Below, piece after piece: positions 38,914 through 50,182 of a stretch of DNA of 64,000 nucleotides. Source of the DNA: Rhizodiscina lignyota (taxonomy: Eukaryota); contig ML978123.1 in assembly GCA_010015805.1 (NCBI GenBank), forward strand, positions 1,798,001 through 1,862,000, read 5' to 3'. The notes below the pieces were generated by a model that searched no databases, was not told the origin of the DNA, and worked only from the letters and a program-made list of their open reading frames with translations. A program made the position numbers and the translations under genes. Numbering within the stretch: position 1 is the stretch's first letter; every line of letters starts with the position of its first letter.

Positions 38914-40416
38914 TCAAAAGCTATCATCAAGTGCCTCATTCCTCCTCACGACACTTGGACTGTCCTCATCTTGTATGTGCAATTCCTGTGAATCCGTGAT
39001 ATCGCCTCCAGCGGTGAGCAATAAGTCCTCGACAATCCGCTTGCTCGCTTCCCTCGCTGTGGTTCATAATCAGCTACCTTTAACCAGTCGCTTACGTCGG
39101 TAATGCACTTACCAGGCGTCTGCAGTATCCTGCTCTGCGGAATATGAAACTGCATTGTCTTCGGCGGACTAAAGCCGAGGTCATTCGTGTCGTCTTCCGA
39201 GTCGGATTCGAACGCTGCTCTGCTCCTCATCGTAGTAGTGCCGAAAATATCCCTTGTTCGCTGTTCCCCTGCGGCTGCACCACCGTCGGTGTCTAACGAC
39301 TTCCTCGCCCTCCTTTTATAACTGGGTGTCTGCACGCTCACTCCCGGCGTCCTGGCCTTCGCCGGCGAGAATAAGTCCGCACGCAGCTGCGGCGCTGGGA
39401 CGTCCGGCGAAGACATAGGAGAGGAGTCGAGGAAGCGCGCCGCACCTGTGCGTGTCGTCGTTGCGGGCGTCGTGCCCATCGCGCTTTTTGCATGTTGTGT
39501 GGTCTTGCGCGCCGTGTGTGGCGTCGCTGCTATGCGGTAGTTCTTATCCAGCACACGATGTAGCAGCACATCGTTGTTCTGCTTCCGGCCGTCGTTTTGC
39601 GCCGTTGATGCGGACATAGCGAAGGGAGAGGAGTCGGGCGACATGGTCATGTCTGGGAGTGTGGACTGCGCTTTGCCGGGGGTTACAGGGTCAATGGCGA
39701 TCGTGGTGGTTGGAGGAGCGGCGGGTGGGGAGGATGAGCCTTGAATCTCGCGCTTCAGGCTCTCGTAGGGAGAAGGGTAGTCCGCGATTGTAGCTGTTGT
39801 GGTTGGAGGTTTGGATGGAAATTTGGCTTTCGCTTTTGCTCTTGTGGTAGGAGGCTCGCGAGGAGTACTGGATGCATGGACTGATGGGGATGTCAATAGC
39901 GACTCGTCAATGTCCTGAAGATCGTGCTCTTCGCCATCTGATCGGTATTTGTCGGTCGTCATAGTATCGTCCACGGGTGTCGTGGTTCGGCTACCAAACG
40001 CAGAGGAGCCGGCGTTCGTGTGATCCGCATACGTCGCATCATCGTCAATTGCAGCTTCTTCATAGCCGGATAGCGAGACGTTTGCGCTGGCTTCGAAGAA
40101 CTGTTTCCAGAACTGTATGCGCAGTTAGCACCTCGGTAGGACAACCCACTAGGAAGAATCCAACCTTTGAACCCTCCCATACTGCCTCCGAATGTTTCGC
40201 ATATTGTTCAACAACAGGGAGGATGCTCGTCGTAACAATTCGGTGGGCGCGACTGAAGTTGTGATCAATCTCTACATTTCCATAGTTAGCAAAATGTAAG
40301 TAGCAAGCCTCAGAAAGAAGCACACCTTGTAGAGTCAGAGTGATAGATTGCTCCAGCTTCTCCAGCTCCTCGGTGAGGGTTAAATTACGCGCTGCTGCAG
40401 CGCTTTGTCGCGACAT
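38914..40416 (-). CDS. ASK1: DASH/Dam1 kinetochore complex subunit Ask1
   Basis: LTLTEELEKLEQSITLTLQ|EIDHNFSRAHRIVTTSILP, FWKQFFEASANVSLSGY, SPPKTMQFHIPQSRILQTP|AREASKRIVEDLL. Confidence 0.92.
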
Positions 40417-41062
40417 TGTAGCGGATTTGCGGTTGTGTATGTTCCAATTCATCTAGCGTTGGTGGGAGACGCGAAGTCGCAGTTGGACGCGTTCAACATG
40501 ACTAAGCAGGGAAGTTCCCTCAAATGTTTAAATCTCTCGTGCTCTCCACTCTACATCCGTTACCTCGAACTTACACTAAGGGACCGACCGCAGTCAAGTG
40601 TCTGACAACTGACCTTCTTTTTCCCGGCCCATCATTCGTGAACACCCCATCTCATAGATGGGTAGCTAAGTACAGTAGTCAACACACCGTTCACAACTAC
40701 GTGACCCCGTCACCGTCAAAGAAGTCGGCAGTTTCGATTCCTCCGTCAAGTCTGGCCGTCGAATTCGTTTTCTCTGTAATCAGTTTCATGTGTCTCGCAA
40801 GTTCCATGTTGCATCTGAAGATGCGTGAACGCTTCGACTTCAGGGTCCTTGACCTATGGCACCCGTTCAATTACAAAGAGCCAGATGAGCCAGAATAGAG
40901 CATATACCGCTCGCTCGCACAACACCATGACCGTTTCCCCAGTTTCTTTTCTCGGTTTTTATATGCGTAAAATGATTTTGCGAGCGTCGTTGTTTTGCGT
41001 CTAATTTCGCTTGTGCAGCTTGTTTGAAGCAGTATCGTTGATTCAATACAAATGCCTGATAC

Positions 41063-43017
41063 ATGCAATCGGCAACTACTCGCTCGCTGCCATCTAGCTT
41101 TTCATCTTCTCCAGTAGAGCCACCCTCTTATCCGATTTTCCCTTCGGAGGCCATGGCTACTTCGTCAGCAGATGCCTCATCTCCTTGTAATGCTCCGTCA
41201 CACCAATCATGTACTTCATGTTCTCGGATAATTTGTTCTTCTTCTCACCAACCGCTCGGAAGGCGTAGTTCTTTCTCCAATCTCCCAGGTGCAGTAATGA
41301 GCCCAAGAGCCGGAAGTCTTCCAGTAATCATCAAGAAAGCCCGTAGCAAATCCGCTGCTGCAAACTTCAAGAGGACCTTGCCAACGATCCCTGAACGTGT
41401 ATCCAGGGAGGCGTCACCTGGCGAGACGAGGGCACTAACTCCTGGTGCTAACTTCACGACACATCATTCTAAGCCTATACACCCCGTCCCGCAGATTCTC
41501 GAGGCGGATTCGTCAAACTCACCGAGCGATGGTGGCGTTTTCCCCTCTCTCCAAATGAAATGGATACGAGCAGTCTAGAATCCATTTCCAGCCCGCCTAC
41601 CAAGGCCACAATCCAACTGGAGACGGCGACCTCATCAGACTCGTGGGCGGCCACAAGCTTCAGCTCCCAAGCGTCACCATCACCGGGCACGAAATCTGCC
41701 ACACAGCGGTCCCGGCCAGATCCATCTCGGCCGCGTTCATTGCGGAAGTGGCAGGAGCTGGCGAGAAACAAAAATCCTCAAATAGCCTTATCTTGGCCTA
41801 GTTCGAATGATGCGCCAGCTGGAAATGGCGAAAGAGTGGTACATTGGGCACAGAACAGACTTTCCGCGCGATCATCCGTGAGAAGGCGGACAACAGGAAG
41901 GGGACTGGGAAGCGCGATATTTGCTCCCTGGGAGCGGCGGTGGGTAAGGAAAGGCGGTGTGCTAGATACAGCAGAGGGCAGGATTCCTCTAATCAGACAC
42001 GATAGCGCCGCTTCTCCGGGCTGGTTGAGTCAGAGCAAGGCGGTCATTGTCACAACTACCGCAGGCAACACGTACAGAATTCACTCAAGTCCAAGAAGGA
42101 GCAGCCTTGCGGAAGAAGTGGAGGAGTGGAAAGGCACACATGGTGCCGGATGGCGAGAGTTACTATGGGACAACGATTCCACGGCAGGTGAGTGCAATAT
42201 GGCTCGAAGCAGGAGTCTGGAAATGCTGCAGCATCACCTTGGCCCTGAATGGGATGATTTGCACCGGAAGCAGGACGAATGCGCATCGCTACGACCCAGG
42301 AAGTATGGTTGGCGGGAAAGCTCAGTCTACGAAGCAGAGTGCGACGACTTCCAGGAGGTGCTCCTGGAGCTGAGACGTGCTGGAGCAATGCCACCGCAGA
42401 GAGCACGTGGTGGCCTTTTCACACACGGCTCTTGGGATGAAGACATGACGCATTTCAGGAAGGTTACGTCCCCTGAGTCCAAGAGGGTGATGATACCATT
42501 ATTCTGGGGGGATTTCGGACGAACCTTGATTGACCCTGTCCGCTTGTGGGTCTCAGGTCATTGCCGTCGCAGTGTTGTTCATGAGGAAAACGACGGCGAT
42601 GAAGCATTCATCTTCAACATTCCACTGTTTCAGTGCCAGAGCCAAAGCAGCCATTCGGCTTATGGTTCCATTGATCCACTATCGCTATCCAGTACTCTAG
42701 CAATGAGCGACGATGGGCATCTTCAAGGAGACGGCACTCCGAGATACCTTAGAGACTGTTTCGAGCCATATCTTGTTGGTGTGCGCAGATTTATTAAATG
42801 GACAAGTGACAGTGCAGCGCATATTGTCAGGGGAGCTTGGGAGAAGATGTCGTTTTCAACCTACAAGTGGGAGGATATGGAAGATGTACAGGCAATCTCA
42901 TGGCAGAACCGACCTTTGCCTGAAGGAGCCAGTTATCGGTGGGTCAGGATTCCGGGGCAAGGATGGAGATTCGAAGAGTTTATTCACGATGTGTACGATG
43001 CGTGGAATCCGGATTAG
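41063..43017 (+). CDS. Ser/Pro-rich hypothetical protein split into two overlapping ORFs (41063-41578, 41560-43017)
   Basis: 485-codon ORF with no recognisable domain, preceded by a 171-codon ORF of similar composition in an adjacent frame. Confidence 0.5.
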
Positions 43018-43263
43018 CAGAAGGTCAAATATAGAATGAGGTTTGGCTTTCGGAGCGCAGAAGCATGGCTTGGGATCTATCTTCTAATAAAATCTACCTT
43101 CTGTTACGCCCTCCAGTGAGTAGTTGCTGGACGACTGCCAACTCTCAAGAAAACCCAGCATAAGGTGAAGAATACTTCTGCTCAAGAGCAAACTTATTGT
43201 GCAAGGACCAAGGTGTGCAATATCTTTGGCATCGCTTGAACGCTGAAACAAGCATCATGATAA

Positions 43264-44259
43264 CTACATTCCGGGACTTGTGGGGACAGGGATTCTCCGA
43301 TGCATACGAGATATGATCTCCACATAATTAACCTCATTCTCCTCTGTGATGATTCCGTGCCGAACAAAGAAATCGATCATGACGAGGTTGCAATTTGGCT
43401 TGAACTCGCCTCTGGACATGGCCTGTACGGTCTCTTCGAGACTCATAAGTGTGAAGTTGGCGACCTCTTCGTCGTTCGGTTTTGGAACCACGTCCTCTGG
43501 AAGCTCCAAATCAAAGACGTAGAGCATGTCAGGACGGACCAGCCCACTCTTTCTATTTCTGGTCATATACGTCAGGACACCAACAGGTTTAGCCTTCTCA
43601 CGCACGAGGTCGGCAGGTAGAGATGCCTCCTCGTCGGCTTCTTCAACGATACATTGGAACGGCGAGTGCGTAGCTTTGACTCCGCCGGCAACCGTCGAGT
43701 CGAGCATATCGGGATAAGTGAACAGATGTGGGGCGCGTCTTGGAATCCAGAATTTCAGCTCACCATTTGCGGCTCGTGTATAAGCGGTCATATGAGCACC
43801 ACGGGTAGCAATACCGAATAGTGAAGCGGTGAATCGTTCGATATGGATGGTTTGTTTGGCCCCGATGATTTTATAAGGCTCACTGTGCATTCCGTGGAGG
43901 TTTGGAAACAGATCTTGGTCGACTGCTGTATCAATTGTCTTCTGCAAGGCTCCGGCGAAGAGCTGAGCAGTATCCTCGACAGAGTTGCCGTCGAGAGGGT
44001 CTACGAATTGGACAAATTTCAGCCGGTGATCGACTTTGAAGCCCGAACTCCAGGGCATCTTTCCAACGGTCTCAGGTAGCATGAATCCATGCGGGCGTTT
44101 ATCTCCTGGAAGAAAGAATTTGTAAAGGTCGTTGAAGAAGTCAGGGTTGTAGGGTACGCTTGGAGATGATGTTAGCGGATGCGTATGATACGGAACGGAA
44201 GTGACCAACTTGTCGACCTCGTCTACTAATTTAAGATAGTCTACCTTCGTGGCTAACAT
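43264..44259 (-). CDS. NUDIX hydrolase, YJR142W/thiamine-pyrophosphokinase-related type
   Basis: IERFTASLFGIATRGAHMTAY, WIPRR, TYPDMLDSTVAGG, Nudix box CIVEEADEEASL, FKPNCNLVMIDFFVRHG. Confidence 0.85.
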   Translation of the reverse strand: MLATKVDYLKLVDEVDKLVTSVPYHTHPLTSSPSVPYNPDFFNDLYKFFLPGDKRPHGFMLPETVGKMPWSSGFKVDHRLKFVQFVDPLDGNSVEDTAQLFAGALQKTIDTAVDQDLFPNLHGMHSEPYKIIGAKQTIHIERFTASLFGIATRGAHMTAYTRAANGELKFWIPRRAPHLFTYPDMLDSTVAGGVKATHSPFQCIVEEADEEASLPADLVREKAKPVGVLTYMTRNRKSGLVRPDMLYVFDLELPEDVVPKPNDEEVANFTLMSLEETVQAMSRGEFKPNCNLVMIDFFVRHGIITEENEVNYVEIISRMHRRIPVPTSPGM

Positions 44260-44962
44260 GTTGAGGCAGCCTCCACGTGATACGTGGGTGGACTACGAAC
44301 GCGGCAGTTTGTGGCTGGTAAGATCAAGCTCAAGGATTCAGACACTCGGGAAATATCTAGGACGAACGGAAATTTGAGTGGGTCTGTAACTCTAATTTCT
44401 GGGACCTCGGCCCGCTGTGCCCGGAGCCTGGAGCTTTCTGTCACTGAACATGAACCTGTGTTGACCAAGAACAATATTCGAAGTCGTCCATGTGTGGACT
44501 CGGAAGCACACTCGTGTATGTGTTGGAGCAGCTTAAGTTTGGCGAGCGCGAAATTGAAAATACAATCCGAAATTGCAAGTCCTAAAGTGAACAACCTTCA
44601 TCTAGTGGACCAAGATAGGTATTCAACGTCTGTAGAAGCTCCTCAATCGCTACAACACACTTTGCCGAAACACAAAGACGTAGATAAAGGGTTGAAAAGG
44701 AAAGCTTACATAGCTATGTGCGAGTAACATATTTGAACATGCGCAAAATCTCTTTGAGTGTTGTGGCATTAGTATCCCAAATACAATCATATTCCGCTCA
44801 CTACAAGTTCTTGCTGTTCCGGAGCCTGTCCAGACAGTTATAGGCTTGATTATCATGGTGTGGTGTTTTGCAGCTACAAGATGACGGAAAGTTCGTAATG
44901 CCTTGCGTTGCTCTTCTATGTCCAAATCGCTTTTATATATCGATTGCAGCTTGCACTTTAAA

Positions 44963-46609
44963 TTAAACAGATTGCAGTGGCCTCCTTGGCCTGAATTTCG
45001 CATTGAAGTCAATCTGGCGAACAAACCACGCATTGTGCGTCTTCCATGGCCGATCAGGGTGTTCAAGGTCCACCTCAAACCTTCTAAGGAAACTCGGGAC
45101 AAGCTTGTAGACCTCCATCAAGGAGATGTTCTTCCCTATGCACGTTCTGGCGCCTCTGTGGTCAATGGTCAGTGTCAAGTTCGTTAGAAAGGGCATATGG
45201 ATGTCTGATGCTTACGCGCCAAATTGAAACATAGTTCCCTTCATATCACGCAGTTGCGCCTCGCTCGCCTCCAGCCATCGCTCAGGTCGGTAGACATCCA
45301 CATCTTCACCAAAGATCTCCGGGCGGCGATGCAATACCCATGCATTGCATCCCACAATGGTGCCTGCGGGGATGTGCTCTCCCAGTATGTCAATGCCGCC
45401 CTTCGGAACAACACGTTCGAGGCATAGTCCGGCAGCAGGATGCATCCTGAACGATTCTTGGATGACAGCGTCTAGATACGGCAACTTTTGGGTCTCAGCC
45501 CAGGAGACGCCCAAGTTATCGCGTGGCGCGATAGTGCCATCCTGTGCGGCAGTGTCCAGCTCCGCCATCAATTTTCGATAGACCCGTGGGTGCTTGAGGA
45601 TGTAGTAGAAAATGGCAGAAAGAGAAATCGCAGTGGTTTCGCTGCCCGCAAAGACCATGCTCACCGTCGAGGCAAGCACTTGCATGTCCGTCATGAATTC
45701 CGGATTTTCATGTTGCGCGTTCACAAACTTTGAGAGTAAGTCTGTGCCCTTCTTGTCCCTTCCTGGAGAGTCTTTCAGGCCATTGGCTCGTATCTTGGCC
45801 ATCTCAGGCTCCCGTTCAGCGCTTCGCGCCTGAGCAAATGCCGTCACCGGAAATACCGTGTTGGACAATCCGAGCCGCTGACAATAAAGTCTGATAGGAT
45901 TCTTCTCGAGCAGGAGATCCAGGACAGGCATTTGTCCGATCGGTCCAGCATAGCTCAAGAACCTGTCGATGAAAGCAATAATACCGTCGACATCCTCGTT
46001 CCGTTCAACGAACCCGAGTCGCTTGGCCCACGTAATTTCACCGATGACATCGAAGGCATAGTACTGCAGCCATTTGTTGAACTTGCAGCTCTCGCCCGTA
46101 TTGGCAAAGAGCTTCTGCGTCTGGGAGAGAAATGCGTCCATGGTGCTATCAATGAGCGGCTCGTAGGAAACCAGCGATGTCATCGCAAAGGCTGAATTGA
46201 CGCATCGTCGGTAGCGGGCGTGATAAGCCTCGTTTAGAGTCGAGAAGAGAGATTGCACACGCCTGCCCTTCGAGACAGCATTTTGGACGGGGTAGAAGTC
46301 GGACTTCGTGAAGCCCTTGTTCAAGCCATATATAATTTTAATAGCCTTGGGGTCCGCGAATGATAGGCAATCCGGGCCAAGTCGTACAATGTCTCCGTAC
46401 TTGCGGTGGAGATTGATATGCGTATATTCCGTCCTGCGACCTAGGTTGTCGAAGAAGCGCCACCAGTTCGTATATGCCGCTATCGAAGGTCCAGGATACT
46501 TGTTAAGCCCGCCGTGAAATTTGTTGTACAGAAGCCATGATACCAGGAACAGAGGTAGGAGGACTGGATAATAGACCTTGAGGACCGCGAGCAGTGACGG
46601 GAGTAGCAT
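44963..46609 (-). CDS. Cytochrome P450 (pisatin demethylase-like group), intron 45156-45215
   Basis: N-terminal TM plus YPGP, AGSETT, ESFR, PERW, heme motif FGA|GARTCIG. Confidence 0.93.
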
Positions 46610-47315
46610 GTTGAATGTAATCCGCGACGACCGTAGTCAGTTAGGGACAATTAATGATCAAGAGCCATTAAGAAAATGTACATCAAAGAGGCGAACGGTA
46701 TTTAAATCTCGAAGTCCGTGTCCATAAACGGAGCATGCCGCCGTACGGTAAGCGGCATGTCAGGGGATACAAAGATACATTTATATCAACTTCGGCAGTT
46801 GCGTAGGGGTATTAGAAGGACGCGATGCGTCGCGGAAATGCCGAAGCCTTGCTTCTTTTCTGACTACAATTTCCGGCCGGTACGTACGCTGTAATAAAAG
46901 TGACTGCTAAGCTGCCGTGAGGATTTGTTTCCATCCGGGTGATGGGCATACGCTCCAGTGAGCATGGAGGACCACGAGCGTGAGCTGTACGTGTTGAGTA
47001 AATCTCGTGAGCGAGGAGCCCACTTGCATACCCGTCGGCTTTCGTAAGATATTGAAATGCCGGCGCGGTGTACTTACTTGAGAGGAAAGTCAAGAGACCC
47101 TCCCAGAACAGTGGAGTGTTTGATGAGGATCTCGGCAGTTGGGGTTGCCGCAAGTAGCCGAAGACATCAAAGTCAACTTGTCACCACCATACCATCCAAG
47201 CAACTACAAAAGGGATTGCCTTAGATCTGGTATATACTTAAAGCTCATTCTGATAGCGCCATCCTTCAAACAAGGCTCAGAGAATTCGAAGGTATTTACA
47301 GTTTAATACAAGAAA

Positions 47316-49176
47316 TTACAATCCAAAGGCCTCTGCATGCCAAAAAGCGTCTCTACCCTTCTTTACCCACTTTCCAACGTCTTGTCTAAGCTCTGTACTC
47401 ATGCTTTGAGGTCCGCATACAAGCACTGCAACCCTGCTACCAGGGACGGCGAAGCAATCGCTCACAATTGCATCTAGACGTGGTCTGCCATACTTCACGA
47501 TCAATCCGGGGGTCTCTGCCGGAGCATCTCCGCTACTCCCCATCAGATGTTCCCTCTCCTCCAACTCGATATTCTCTCCAGCATCATCGTCTGCTCTATT
47601 TGTGACATGACTTGATGCAGCACCTGCCGCTTCTGTATCTCCGGATCCCCCTCTGGTCACATAGACCTCAGCACCGTGGCCTACATGAGGTAAGACTGTG
47701 TTGGCTTCCGCCGAAGGGAAGAACCATTTAGTATCCGCCAACTTCTGGACCGCCCAGACAAATCGGACTTTGTCTGCATGGCTTCTCCCATCTTTCCCAC
47801 GCGTCATGCATATGCTGCGCCAGAGAGGGACAATAAACGTGGCGCCGACACCACCAGCAACGAGCAGAATGCTGTCGAACTCTGTGAAATCGGGCAACCA
47901 GGAAGAAGCGCCGTAAGGCCCATCAATCTTCAGCCGCAATGAAGCCGCCTCTCCACTTCCCATTGATAGCGAATGCGCAAGGTCTGCGAGCTCTTTGGTG
48001 TTCCCCTTCATAGCTCGAGCAACAAGCACGACTTTGCGATCAAGCTGAGGAACAGATGCGACTGTAAATGGATTCGTACGAAGTCCAATGGTTTCCTTGA
48101 GTCGAGTTACTGCCGTTGAAGCCATAGATTGATGACGCGGTATCCGGAGGTAAACATGCGATCCGGGCCACCATGCACCGTCCGACACAGATTTGCGAAG
48201 GGGTATCTCAACTCGAATTAGGTTCGTGTCGGCGACCATGGATATAGTTCCATCATACGTTCGAAGACTGATGAAGCGCGCTATCATATGCAGGACATAG
48301 ACGACCAAGGTCTCCCAGATGAAGATGTGGGTTTGGTGGACATGGAAGTAAAGCAACGGTAGGACAGCCAGTGCTATGATAATGTGACTTGCGTAGAAAA
48401 CTCTGTAGCTCCATCGTCGGATCCAGGCCAGAGCGGTGGAGCCTAAAATGATGAATAGGGAAATAGAGGTGAGCCCAATGATCACAACTCGGCTGTTTTG
48501 CAAGCGATCGAGCAAGATGCCTTTCTGAAAGAAAGAGTTGAGGTAAAATATGGCATGAAGTACGAAGAAGAAGGTAATGACCCGGCCTAGGACTTGATGA
48601 ATAGCTTGAAGTTGTTCATGAGAAGATCGAGTCAGGATCTGCAATGGCGAGTAGGGCGTTTTTGTGGCTAGCAGGTAATGCATCGGCAGCTGTGATACTC
48701 CCACAATTCCGAACCGTTTCGTGAGTGCGAAATAGTCTAGAGACAGTTAGCATAGAACAATTGGTGGCCAAGACGGCGAATAGAGCGGTACCTTGACCAG
48801 TCTGGTTCACGCATAAAAACAGGAGCCATAAAGTCCAGAGAGCTCCTCCGACCCACTCCCCTCTCGTTCCCCAACCACGAATAACTTCCTCGCCCATCCA
48901 CCATTGGACCTGACGGCTGAAAAGCGAAAATCTTCTCAGGAAGCTGAGGCTATGTCTGTTCTGCTTTTCGGCCTTCAGATAAGGAGAGCTGGGCATCTCC
49001 GAATCCGGAGCCACCGCGAAGCGCGTCAGTGCCCATGATGCTATAAAGCGTAATTGAAGCAGCACAAGAATGGCAACGGCGGATATCTGAGCAATTGACG
49101 CATAGAGGTCCAGTAAGTGGCGCCTGTCGAGCTTGTCTTCCTTGGTGAGGTCCAGGAACGCGTATCCGAAAGCCAT
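47316..49176 (-). CDS. Ferric/cupric reductase-like transmembrane flavoprotein, one intron ~48738-48791
   Basis: Heme His pairs (AIHQVLGR...VLHAIFY; ASHII...LYFH), NPFTVAS, IDGPYG, LVAGGVGATF, VCGP, HAEAFGL*. Confidence 0.88.
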
Positions 49177-50182
49177 GGTGCGCAAAACCCCTGTTTATGC
49201 AGCCTCAACACCGATTTGACATCCAATGGCCGCGGCGCCGCAGTAATTGTAAAGATTTCAAACAAGCGTGAGTTCCGAAGACGAAGTGGAGTTAGAAAGC
49301 ATGTCGGCTACTCTGACGTGATGGCCGCGAAGATTAAAGGAGCTGACATCCCATCAAGCTACGTGGAGGTTCGGAGGTCGGGGCCAGCCACATCCAGAAT
49401 TGCGCAACCGGATTTGGACCACGGCGATCAACTCAAGTGCCTATTTTTCTAATAGCTAAAAATTGAATGGAGTAGACGTATCAGGATCGTGTAGGGGTCT
49501 GCATGAGACCTATGCAGTGATGCACGCGGAGGGTGGTTCTCCGAAGTATTTCCTCGATCATTGGGTGCTGTGCTGGCCCGATCCAGCCGAGTCGTCGTAC
49601 TCCATGGCCAGCAGCTACATTCTCTCAATGTATGATCATATATTCGAAGAGCGCACTACCACATCCAAAATGTAATCTGTGAAGCAATTCCGATACTGGA
49701 GGTCGACTCGTAGACAATCCAATGTCAGTGCAAATGTCAATCGAGTCAGTCTGATAAGTATAACTGCAGGAGGCCATGATGCCTGTGGTTGTATAAGAGC
49801 CTCATGAGAATAGTCGATTGGAAAGATCACTTCAACTATCCTGCCTTGCCGCTAGTGTACATGCATGCCACTAACCAAAGTGCACCTATGCCAGAGACTC
49901 AATGCAGGATGCCACGATACCACAAAATCAAAAAGGGTTCAAAGGAAAGACATTCCACCATGAGACATGCAGTCGTGATGACATGAATCAGCCTTTTCTA
50001 TCATCACATCTCGAGGGAGTGTGACTCTTAAACAAATCAGAGAAGAAGTGAAAGGAAAGCCAGTGGGGGAAAACACATGATCTCTTTGCTCGTACTCAAC
50101 TCCGCTCGCCGGGGCACTCATCTGACATCCATAAGGGATGAAATGACAAGTCAAGAACAAGTCTGAAAGACAATCTGGAGCT

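Noticed and set aside
27060..49176. Secondary-metabolite gene cluster (MFS, TF, NmrA, P450)
   Set aside because: No PKS, NRPS, terpene synthase or prenyltransferase in the window; housekeeping genes are interspersed.
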